In this document: one piece after another, positions 15,101 to 25,985 of the stretch
Numbering within the stretch: position 1 is the stretch's first letter
Layout of the letters: every line of letters begins with the position of its first letter
Origin: Azolla caroliniana
Lineage: Eukaryota; Plantae; Polypodiophyta
Length of the DNA: 64,000 bases
Direction of reading: 5' to 3'
Assembly: GCA_043228905.1 (NCBI GenBank)
Contig: JBHGNT010000008.1
Span: 8,308,001 to 8,372,000, forward strand
Notes under the pieces: generated by a model
Told to the model about the DNA's origin: nothing
Seen by the model: the letters and a program-made list of their open reading frames with translations, nothing else
Databases searched by the model: none
Position numbers and translations under genes: made by a program

Positions 15101-18100
15101 CTTGTTGTACCGTTCTTTGAAAATTTCTAGATAGTAGCTTAAAGCATCAGCTAGGGATGTCTTTGATTGATAAGTCAAAAATGGTTTTTCAGTATGTTGA
15201 CAGGGAGTTCGGAACTGGAGCACTGAAGATAACTCCAGGTCATGATCCAAATGACTATGCAATTGGGATGAAACTGGGGCTGCCAACAATAAATATATTG
15301 AATAAGGATGGAAGTTTAAACAACAATGCTGGAGCTTACATGTAAGTTTCTCAAATAAACGTAAACATAAATTGTGTTTTAGCTTTTGTAATATTCACTG
15401 CACACAACGTCAGAAGTGAGAGCATCCTGATGGGGGTAATTCACTGATACTGGTTGCCTTATGATTATTACCTGAGAGCATCGTGGCTGGGTAATTCACT
15501 GATAACTGCCCATAACTAGTTATCCTGCAAGATAGTAGCCACTGCACCTCCCCTGTATGGGTATTTGGATGTTGCTAGTTTGCATGTAATCTTAAAATTA
15601 ATGATGTGATTGGATATTTGCAACAACTGGCATTGGCACATTCCAAAATAGAACAGCTTCCTACAGTATCCACTGATAATTTTGTATTTCTTTTTATGTG
15701 ATTGACGTTCACCCTTTGTTTGTCAGTCCTATTTCCTCAAGAAGTTTTCCTTACATAGTTGTAGGTGTCTGAGGGATGCGTGTTTAAGACCACGATTTTC
15801 TTAAAGGTATATTTGTGGTTGCTCTCATGTCTTTTTGACTGAAGGTACTTTGTAGGTTAAGTTTTTTTCCAATGTAGATGACACACTTTCTAATTTGCTC
15901 AATGAGTGGCAAGTACTATTAACATGTAGCTCTCTCCATGCTTATACATTATTTCTGGATATATTGTAATCAAATGAATGCCCTTTTATGATAGTGCAAT
16001 TTATCATTAGTTCATTGGACCATATGTGTTTCAACCATTCACTTTGTGAAGTTTTAGGAAAGAACCAATCTAGTGTCTGTTTTATTGATCATCAGAAAGT
16101 TATCTCCAGTTTGGTTCTCTGTTCAGTATTTATCTACCAGGTTATCAAATATTGACACAAATTATGTTTCTTAATTATATTTGTTAACGAAGTGGTTAAT
16201 GTGTTGAAATGATACAATTGAAGCTTGCCAATTTTGTTGAACTGAAATAGATTCACGTCAAAAGTAGTTATCATTAAAGTATTTCGTTATCTGATAATAT
16301 ATTGAGTTGGAATATTTGGTGATTTGTAGTGGACTTGATCGTTTTGATGCTCGCAAACGGCTTTGGGCAGACCTAGAAGCAGCTGGGCTCGTAATAAAAA
16401 CAGAGCCTTACACTTTACGAGTGCCTAGGTCGCAACGTGGTGGTGAGGTATATTCTAAAGGAAAGAAAGATATATTAATGTCTTTTAATATGTACATGAA
16501 TAAGTACTGTTTTAGATCCAGACCTAATCATCATTTTGTTATTATGATAGATTGTTGAACCTCTTGTGAGCATGCAGTGGTTTGTCAAGATGGAACCACT
16601 TGCTCAAAGGGCCTTAGAAGCAGTTGAAAATGGAGATTTAAAAATCATACCCGAGAGATTCGAGAAGGTGACAGTCAAAATCATAACGTGTGGTGGTTTT
16701 AAAAATTGGATGATATCTTTGACCTCTGTAATATTCTACCAAAGTTACTTCTAGTGGTAGGGAAATTCATTGTTTAGATGCAATCATCACCGACATTGTT
16801 TTACAGCCCCTTCCAATGTATGATAGGTGAGAACTCCCTTAGGTGGTTGTGTTTCTTCCATTATTGCCTACATCACCTGTAGGTAGGTACTATAATTTGC
16901 TATTCCATTATGAAGAAGTCTTCGAGTTCGTATGCAGTTCTAGTGAAATCCATAAAACTACCTTGAAAATGTGTCAGAAAATGATTTCACCTTTTTCTCT
17001 AATGATCGAACAGAAAGACTTCATGATCCTTTAGGATTAGGGATAAGGATTGAGATCTCAAGTACCATAGTTCCTGATTGTACTCTTCACTGTTCTTCTT
17101 CCTTTTGTGCTCTGAACTACCTAGAAAATGTGACACAAAATGATTTCACCTTTTTCTTGAATGGTCAAATAGAAAGACTTCATGCCCCTTTAGGATTAGG
17201 GATAAGGATTGAGATCTCACGTACGATAGTTCCTGATTGTATTCTTGACTTTTTCTTCTTCCTTTTGTGCTCTGAACTACCATAATTAAAATTTCATGGC
17301 AGTAGACTTACAATCATTGGCTTTCAAATATCAAAGATTGGTGCATAAGTCGTCAGCTTTGGTGGGGTCACCGAATCCCAGTTTGGTATGTGAAAGGGAT
17401 CAGTAAGACTGATGAATACATTGTTGCAAGAACTGAGGAAGCTGCATATGCTGTTGCCCGTGAAAAATATGGAGACAATTGTTATTTGCAGCAAGAGTCA
17501 GATGTACTTGATACTTGGTTTTCTAGGTTTGTTCATCTTAAGATTGGTGTATTTGCTTCCAATGTTTGTGCATGGATTGGGCAACCGTTCTTTCTTTATC
17601 TTTTCTTGAATTTATTTCTCTGGAAATAGTGGACTATGGCCGTTTAGCACACTTGGATGGCCAGATACTTCTCAAGAAGACTTTCAACGGTTTTATCCAA
17701 CAACTGTGATGGAAACAGGGTATATATATGTATATGTATATATGAACATCTATTTTGTTGAACTATATATCAAGTTGTTTTTAGGATGGATTTTGGTGTT
17801 TGGTTAGGCACGATATTCTTTTTTTCTGGGTGGCAAGAATGGTCATGATGGGCATTGAATTCACTGGGAAGCTACCCTTCTCAACAATCTACCTCCATGG
17901 CCTTGTTCGTGATTCACAGGTAAAACATAATGGAACCAAGTCCTTTAATAATTTCTGCTATTCGATGATGTATAAGTTTCTTTTTGCAGGGTCGTAAAAT
18001 GTCAAAGTCACTCGGAAATGTGATTGATCCTCTTGACAGTCTAGCTGAATATGGTGCTGATGCTTTAAGGTTCACACTTGCAACAGGAACAACTCCTGGT

Positions 18101-20145
18101 CAAGTGAGTGCTTGTTGTGTACATGCAGCCCCTAATAATCTTTATATTTTGTTAGTAGTTAATTCATGTTCATGTCAACGTCCAGGATGTGAACTTGTCA
18201 ATGGAAAGGCTGAATGCTAATAAAGGATTCACTAACAAGCTATGGAATGCAGGGAAGTTTATTCATCAGAATGTACATGCCTCAGATGTGCCCTCAAATG
18301 GAGGACCGTCTGAATTGAAGGTAACTAACCACATATGATATCCTATGGTACAGTACTTAGGTTGCATTTGACAGCATGGCTGTAGGATATTTATTGCTTT
18401 GCAATATAAGGACGAGATTGGATTTGAGAACCACCTAGATCTTATTTCTTCTAGCTGTATTTTCCTTCATTATATATTCCCTTACGTCATTTACCTGCTG
18501 ATATTTTTGAGGATGGTTTCAAAATTAGATAAAGAGCATTAAACTTTAATTGAGGCAAAATATTTTAATCTTGCTACACAATTTCAGAATATGTTTAAGT
18601 ATGAAGTTTGACTTTATAGTTTGATTCTAAAGATGATCTGCTTCGACTTCCGCAAAGTGAGCAATGGATTGTAAGTACTGTACTTCAGTCCATTGTTATA
18701 TATTTGTTCGAAAACACTCTGTTAATGCATGTATCTTCAATATTTATGGGGTAGGTAACAAAGCTCCACAGTTTGGTAGATGATGTAACCATAAGTTATG
18801 AAAAGCTGTTTCTTGGAGAGGTGGGAAGAGCTATTTATGATTTCTTTTGGAGCGATTTTGCTGATTGGTATGATAAGTTTCAACACAGAATGGTTACTTA
18901 TACGTTGGGCACCATTAATATATGATTATATTATATCATAAACGAAAAGGCCATGAGCTACCCTTTTATAGGTTGTCTTTGTTTTTAGGTATATTGAAGC
19001 TAGTAAAACTCGGCTGTACCAACACAAGGATGCGCCAGAAGCTTCTGTATCACAGTCAGTACTCCTGTATGTTTTCAACACTGTGCTGAGGTTATTGCAT
19101 CCTTTTATGCCCTTTGTTACTGAAGAACTTTGGCAGGTTGGATTTGTATATGCCTAATATGAAAATGCACAAAAATCTCTCATATACATTTCTGACTATT
19201 CATATGTGCTTCAGGGGCTTTTCAGCTCAAAAGGTCCTCTTATAACTGCACCATGGCCAGCTTGCAATCTCCCGAGGAATGATGAGACTGTAAAACATTT
19301 TGAAATCATGCAGACATTGGTTGTGCTCATGCCCACCTTATTTCCATTTAGTCATCGAGGGAAACAAAAATATCTTATATAGAATTATTTTTACCTTTGG
19401 AGTATAGATCCGGGGTATACGAAATGTAAGAGCAGAATATTCTGTGGAGCCAGGCAGGCGGATATCAGCAACAATAGTTACGAGTGGTGATCTGCATGAT
19501 TATTTGAAGGTCTGTGATGTATATTATGGAATTCAATGAATGCAGGAGGAATTCCCACTGACAGTTTAATATACAGGTAGAAAAGTCTGTAGTAATTGCA
19601 TTAGCCAAACTTGATTCTGAAAATCTCCAAATATCTACTAGTATTCCAGGTATAATAGTCCTCACATGGTCATCTTCACGTTTATTAATTTTTCTCTTGA
19701 TTCATAAAACCAAACATCTATTCTGGTTTCTGGGTGATTTTAGTCAATGCAGACAAAGCAATTCAACTGGTGCTATCAGAGGATTTGGAAGTATATCTTC
19801 CGTTATCGGATATGGTAGATATAAATAGTGAACTCCAGAGGCTCAGGAAACAATCCTCAAAGCTGCAATCAGAATTGGATGCACTGACAAAACGATTGTC
19901 CTCCAGCAATGTATCCCTTAATGTCTTTCCAAGATGTTGAAGTTTTATGTGTCTTTATTTATCAGTATGCAGAGTTGATTTGATGGTGAGTATAATTCTT
20001 CTTGGTTTTGTAGTTTGTAGAGAAAGCTCCTGCTTTGGTTGTTCAAGAGGCTCAACAGAAGTCCAGAGAGTTGGAGGAGAAGCTTGGTATTATCCGAAAA
20101 AGAGTTACTGTATTGGAAGCCATGGTTGTCACACCTGCAAACTGA
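3142..20145 (+). CDS. ValRS2: Valyl-tRNA synthetase, chloroplast/mitochondrial type (EMB2247-like), 27 coding exons, about 989 aa
   Basis: Hand-built GT-AG exons, phases consistent, 2970 nt in total: 3142-3358, 4487-4559, 4641-4767, 5381-5464, 9098-9192, 9456-9547, 11761-11814, 12145-12197, 12517-12584, 14058-14133, 14285-14368, 15193-15341, 16330-16447, 16551-16667, 17306-17526, 17630-17719, 17808-17919, 17990-18103, 18186-18320, 18620-18670, 18755-18867, 18989-19136, 19215-19319, 19408-19509, 19577-19649, 19744-19910, 20014-20145. Motifs: [13 protein letters not shown] (HIGH), [72 protein letters not shown]. The N-terminus is a Ser/Pro/Arg-rich transit peptide. Confidence 0.95.
3554..3606 (+). 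repeat. (GA)n/(GAAA)n microsatellite in ValRS intron 1
   Basis: Directly visible and adjoins a copy of the short dispersed retroposon-tail repeat. Confidence 0.85.
5730..6130 (+). repeat. Degenerate tandem repeat (about 30-45 bp units with core TTGCAATGTTTRCCTAATCT)
   Basis: Recurrent gcaatgt...taatctttg motifs in intron 4. Confidence 0.6.
6140..8157 (+). mobile_element. Old LINE remnant in ValRS intron 4 (ORF1 end plus APE endonuclease start; possible 3' tail at about 8100-8157)
   Basis: Hand translation gives [13 protein letters not shown] (about 6550-6590) and [20 protein letters not shown]...YMWV (about 6737-6820), typical APE endonuclease motifs, with stops. The 7000-7900 part may be unrelated. 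Confidence 0.55.
12619..12931. mobile_element. Mutator-like MITE, 313 bp, 128-bp TIRs, 9-bp TSD
   Basis: GGGAAAAGTACC...GGTACTTTTCCC; TIRs 12619-12746 and 12804-12931; TSD TTTATAAAA at 12610-12618 and 12932-12940. Confidence 0.92.
16956..17281 (+). repeat. Two-copy tandem duplication (about 160-bp unit) in ValRS intron 14
   Basis: Units start with AACTACC at 16956 and 17115, with a third AACTACC at 17275. Shared TTTAGGATTAGGGATAAGGATTGAGATCTCA. Confidence 0.9.
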
Positions 20146-21569
20146 TTACATGAAATGATCTCGATAATGATTACAATATTGATCTTTGTAACCTTCCCCC
20201 CTCGATAACACAAAGCATAATTGATTATTTTCATACCAACGATTTTCACTACAATTTTCACTAAGCTGGTAATCAGCTCACTCCTCTTTCACCACTATTT
20301 CAGGTGTTGTATGAGGATGAGAAAATCTTTCCTTTTCCGGGAAATATGTGGCATTTGTCAAATCCAGTCTCGATTTCATTGAGTAATGTCAGCCCATTAG
20401 TTTGCTGAGCATTTTTCATTGTTGTATTGGAATGAGTTTTTCAAAGAGTGTTATGTCAGACTAGTGCAATAAGTTATCATCACCTGGTTTAAGGTGTGGT
20501 TAATAAATGTCATGTCAAAATTCGATCAAAGTAGAAGTGTATATGTAATTTCTATCATTGGGTACATCTTTTCGGTTCCTAAAACATTGCTGTTTGGAAC
20601 AGAAGCTATCCATTGGCAACGAGTTTGCTTTGCCTTCTGAAGGAGCATTAACGTCATGAGTTGTTTGTCAAAGTGTTATATCGAACTAGTGCAACGCAAT
20701 ATCATACCTTCTTTGAGGTGTGAGTTTCAATAAATTGCTTTGTCTAATCTTAGGAATAATGGATTTTCATATGAGACCATAGTAGTGCTTAATAGATTAA
20801 ATTATACAAGTAGATGAAACCAAATATTGTGTCCCAAGTTTCAATTACAAATTCTACAATCATCCACATGTCCACATAAGGTGCTAAAAATTGAAGATGT
20901 GATATTGCTAGTATCTTAAGTAATGGATGCTTATGAACAAGGAGTCTATGTATACACCCAAAATCACATTCATAGTTATATGACAATGGGAATTAGAGAA
21001 TCCACAAGTTAAACATCATGCTCATTTTGCATTAGTTTGGGACTTGGCTGATCTAATTATGTACATTTATAATTCAATATGTATACATTCTCCTCTATTT
21101 ATTCGTTCTAACATAAAATAAATGAACAATAATTTTGGTCACTCAATTAGAATTCCATTGATAGGTTATGTTCAACCATCTACAAATGAGAACCATAAAT
21201 CTAGGAACTCCATCCAATTGGTTAGGGGGGATATCCGCAGATAAAAAAGATAAACAAGCATCTCATAAAGGAGAAGATGGATAACAAAGTATTGATCTAG
21301 GGTAAGTGTTGGAACTATTGTAGTCAAAATTGTTCACCATGCAATATTTGGTCCAAATATACTACTAGAATTGTAAAGTTGTGGGAAAGTTGCCTCTTTG
21401 ATAGCCATATATCAAGAAATCTAGCATATATTTAGGACAACCAAGAACCTGTAATACAACACTTGGGGTTTGTGAAGTATAGGAAACCAAGAAGCAAATA
21501 TGCACATCAAAGGGACTTCCTCAAAACTCTCCCTCTCTCGCATAGGACTTAGGACTTAAGAAATTGGCC

Positions 21570-21880
21570 TCTCGAAAGGCAAGCGATCTTCAATGTATAA
21601 AGGTTGAAATGCTCAAATGGACGGGAAAGGAAGCCCATGCATGGATAAGAGATATGTTTAATCATGCATTGCAACATGGTATGCCATATGATTGGACTAC
21701 AAATTGGATCAAACCTTTACATAAGGTGGAAATGTAAATAACGTAAACAACTATTGAACCATCATGGTTGGTTCACTAATGGCAAAACTATTTGGATGTA
21801 TAATGGAATCAAAGATAAGTGCATGGGCCGAAAAAAATGGTGCATGAGCTTATGGACAAGTTGGCTTTCAAAAACACCAA
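21570..21880 (+). mobile_element. LINE reverse-transcriptase fragment (degenerate)
   Basis: KASDLQCIKVEMLKWTG...MPYDWTTNWIKPLHK/GNVNNVNNY*TIMVGSLMAKLF...YGQVGFQKH, corresponding to non-LTR RT domains 0-2. Confidence 0.8.
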
Positions 21881-22670
21881 TGAACAACTAAAGGCAAATG
21901 GTGTGCATATGAATTGTGCAACACATCTAGTCGATTTTTTAAGAGCTAATATGTCAACGAGTGCAACTGGTGTTTATTCCTCGCAGGTCCGAGATATCAA
22001 ACGTGAATTTCGGGAAGTGAAGATAGATGAAGTAAATAAGGAGAGGACCTGGGAGTGCCAAGGAATTCCCGAATTGCGATCTCTCCATGATGTTCGGGGT
22101 TATTCTAGGTTGGATGGTCATTGTATTGCGGTTAGAGAATTAACTTGTTTTTGCTTCCATTGTGTGCAGGGAAATTGGAGGTATTGTTTAAACAAAACAT
22201 ATATTCAGAATTGGGAGTACCATACATTGAATGGTAAGGAAGCACTTGGTGGAGAAACAGAAAAAAATGTTGACTTCACATATCAAGGAAGTGGAGATAC
22301 TCTAAGTGATGTCTTAAACGTTGGGGATAATTTCGTTGTAAATGCAGAAGAAGGCAATTCAGAGGGTATTGATTTCTATATATTGAAGTGCATGGTTTGT
22401 AAACAGTGTGCAACGAAGAATATTGTAGATGCTTGGGGAAATTTTGTATTTGGCGGGACATTCTACATTGAAGATATTTTTTATGCAAGACTAGATGATT
22501 ACGATTATGTATACAGGCTTTTAGAAGACAAACCAGTAGCGTACATGTACTCTCATTTGGTAAGGTGCATCAACGTCCCGATGGCGCAATACAATAGCTA
22601 CTCAGGTTTATACACAGTTAGTGCTAATCTGTATGAATGTATTTACAACAGTATGCCATGGAATTTGTAG
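21880..22670 (+). mobile_element. C-terminal portion of a putative DNA transposase (Sola-like assignment tentative)
   Basis: Open for about 260 codons. GIPELRSLH...RELTCFCFHC..G...CLN Cys-rich pattern resembles C-termini of HGKG-type transposases from memory. The catalytic N-terminal part is absent. Confidence 0.5.
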
Positions 22671-22724
22671 CTACAAGCAGATCATACCAGTTTTCTTGTA
22701 AAGTGGATAAATTAGTTGTATTGC

Positions 22725-22950
22725 AAAAAAACAGTTTAATAAAATCATTTGGGAGTCTTCTTTTTTATATACAGTCTTCTTTCTGTTCTTCTTTCTTAAT
22801 AAAATTGTGTCTGTTTAATAAAAAACTATTTAATAAAATCGTGTCTGTTTAATAAAATCGTGTCTTTTTTATATGCAGTCTTCTTTCTGTTCTTCTTTCG
22901 TAAAAAACAATTTAATAAAATCGTTTGGGAGTCTTCTTTCTGATATGCAG
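22725..22950 (+). repeat. AT-rich short tandem repeats (TTAATAAAATCGTGTCT / GTCTTCTTTCTGTTC) downstream of the transposase-like ORF
   Basis: At least five TTAATAAAA copies with shuffled spacers. Confidence 0.75.
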
Positions 22951-23214
22951 TTATACTTATTGCAACTTTCAGTCTTAGTGTCTGTTCAATGTGCATAATG
23001 ACGATTATACTGTCTAGAATACATTTTGCCAATGGTTTTATTACTCTCAAGTGAACCATGTATAAGTTCAAACAGTTTTCCTAATTCGAAGAAAAAGCAG
23101 CAACATGAAATCAAAAATCATGTACCTACTCTTAAAATTACACAATAGATAATTTACTCAAAACAAGCGATTTAATTCTTCATTGATTAATATGTCATCA
23201 AATTACATACATAT

Positions 23215-24957
23215 TTATAATACACCATTGGTAATGTCCACAAAGCGCCTATAAACAGCTAAGCTCTTGCTAGTCAGTGGAACTACTCTACATATATGAT
23301 TTGCGTACCGAGCTCAGTATGGAGTCCACAACCATGCAATTAGTTGACACCTCAATGTTTTCACCAAGTAGTTATCAAGCATTTCCTCGGGTACAATGAG
23401 ACAACATCTGCGAAGGTTGAAGTAATGCCTGAAATGTTATGTATCCACAATCAACGTATTGTCGGCATTATATTCGGGCCAAGTATCCCAAAAATCAGAA
23501 AGTCTTTTGAATCTTGCATTATCCTTCTGCTCACATTTTTCTCGTGTCCACTGACCCTTGAAATGTTGTCGCCACTTAGGGAAGAATCTTTCTACACACT
23601 TCCACACATCTGTAGTTTTTCACTCAAAATAAACAAATCAAAGTATTGCACAGTCCACTCTAGAAATTGATTCGTGTCCCTCCTTGGCTGCATATATTGC
23701 ACACTCATTAGGACTTTATCAAGCTCCAAGATCAAGGCTCTTCTTTCGTCTTCTAATGGTTTAGGTTTTCATTCCAAGTATTGGTAGCACACGATCAATT
23801 TCAATCAACTCAGTTTCTATCGAGACTCGACACAATTGGTGTCCTTTTCCTCTTCAAACCCTTGGTCGATTGTGACGTTGGTTCTAGCTTCACCTTGTAT
23901 TGTTGTTGTGCAGTTATTGGGCCTGGCTTCACACTATTTTGCTCTTGTATAGTCGACTGCGTCATCGGTCCTGACATTACCTCTGTGCATGTGGATACTT
24001 CTCTAGTCGATATCAGCCCACTAGTATCACATGTTGCATCTACCTGCAAAATCAGATCATTCGTGCAATATGCTTGATCTACTTGCGTGACCAGATCATT
24101 TGTGTCAATTGCTACATCTATTTTCAAGATGGGCCCCTCTAAACACGCAACAACATCAATAGTTTCCACACTACCATCGGCCTTAAGAGCAATAGATTCA
24201 AACCCTTTAGACTCTGCTCCATCAGAAAACACCAACATATTCACACTCACAAAGTAGCTAACAATCTCACAAAACAACATAATGAACATGAAATATTCTG
24301 CAACAAAATAATAATATTATCTTAATATCCATCATAGAGTTCCATTACATAATGTGGATCAAGCAACAACCAATCTAAGGTTTTACTTGTCCAAATAGAT
24401 CATAGAAAATCTTCATAATTTTCTAGGAAAATAGTTAACAGTCATATCCCACTAATCAGTAATTGGCAGTAATTAGCTCCAATTCAAGAGCCCCTTGAAC
24501 GAGTAATTGGTTTTGTCCCCGATCATGGCCCCATCTTCAGCCTTTTTCTAGTCGGTTGCCCATTTAGCCTTGCTTCTTTTACCCATTGCACAAGTGTGTC
24601 CTCCTCTGACAACCTTTCCATCACCTCAGCAGCGGCTTGCACGTCAGTCGCGTCTTGTGCTAGCTTTTCAAGTGGGACATTATTAGTAGTTAGGCTCAAT
24701 GGGGTTGAATCAAGGTTTTGGGATTCAAAGAAATGTTGCATCAAGTGTTCAAAAACATTGTTGTTATGAACCTCAGATTTACATGTTGTTTCCAATATTT
24801 CATGGCTTTTCACAACGTTGCCTAATGCAATACAATCTTCCAAAATAGGGTGGAGTTGATCTAAAGGAGATGTGATAGTAGGACTCTTACTTTCAACCAC
24901 GTTGCTAGCTATCTCCTCATCGGTTGCGGCATCATCGGCACCGGACACCTCATGCAA
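23215..24957 (-). pseudogene. Disrupted gene with acidic N-terminal segments and a C-terminal FCP1/NIF (HAD) phosphatase-like domain; probably transposon cargo
   Basis: ORFs 24523-24957 and 23810-24289 are followed in a shifted frame by RRALILELDKVLMSVQYMQPRRDTNQFLEWTVQYFDLFILS (23620-23745) and GPEYNADNTLIVD (23442-23480). These match FCP1 motifs LVLDLDxTL / RPxxxxFLExxxxxFxxxIWS / NTLLIDD. Stops and frameshifts are present. Confidence 0.55.
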
Positions 24958-24990
24958 CCTCCTTAATCCACGAGATTCTACAACAACATG

Positions 24991-25985
24991 TTAGCTAATT
25001 AGCGGCTTCTCTTGTGTTTTTCTATCATCGTAGCTGACAACTAAATATGGTAGCTAATTAGCAACCACTCTTGATGTTGCTCGATACTACTACATCCTAG
25101 CTAATTAGCTACAGCTTAGCTAAGTATGGCAATAGCTAATTAGCTACCACTTAGCTAATTTGCTATTCTACCTAAATATGGTAGTAGCTAATTAGCTAGA
25201 TATCTTAGCTAATTAGTTGCTAGACTATAGATTGGCAATAGCTAATTAGCTATTCTTCTTAGCTATAGTAGTAGCTAATTAGCTACCACTCTTGATATTG
25301 CTTAGCCAATTAGCTACATCTTAGCTAATTAGTTGCTAGACTATAGATTGGCAGTAGCTAATTAGCTACATCTTGGCTAATTAGCTATTCTACTTAAGTA
25401 TGGTAGTACATAATTAGCTAAGTGGTAGCCAATTAGCTACATTGTAGCTAATTAGATGTTAGATTATAGGTTGACAATAGCTAATTAGTTACATCTTAGC
25501 TAATTAGCTATTCTTCTTAACTATGGCAATAGCTAATTAGCTACCACTCTTGATACTGCTTAGCTGATTAGTTTCTAGACTATAGATTGGTAGTAGCTAA
25601 TTAACTACATCTTAGCTAATTAGTTATTCTACTTACGTATGGTAGTAGCTAATTAGCTACCACTTAGGTAATTAGCTATTGTAACATTGTAGCTAATTAA
25701 CTACTAGATTATAGGCTGACAGTAGCTAATTAGCTATTCTTCTTAACTATGGCAATAACTTATTAGCTACATCTTAGCTAATTAGTTGCTAGACTATAGA
25801 TTGGCAGTAGCTAATTAGCTACATCTTGGCTAATTAGCTATTGTACTTAAGTATGGCAATAACTAGTTAGCCAGTAGCCACCACTCTTGATACAGTTCAG
25901 CTACACAGTATAACATTACATTGTAGCTAATTAGCTACTACACTTTATACCGCTTAACTAATTACCTACGTTGTAGCTAAATAGT
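24991..25985. repeat. Array of about 34 copies of the 14-bp palindrome TAGCTAATTAGCTA with recurring 5-, 17- and 19-bp spacers
   Basis: Directly visible; hand count including degenerate copies. Confidence 0.95.

Noticed and set aside
16978-17120. Intronic C/D-box snoRNA pair in the tandem duplication
   Set aside because: No proper RUGAUGA box C with a terminal stem could be identified by eye.
21819-22670. 283-aa ORF as an intact standalone gene
   Set aside because: The first 20 or so codons are out-of-frame LINE RT sequence joined at about 21880 to a truncated transposase-like segment, so the start is accidental.
24991-25985. CRISPR array
   Set aside because: Repeats are only 14 bp, spacers are short and recur rather than being unique, there are no cas genes, and the context is eukaryotic.
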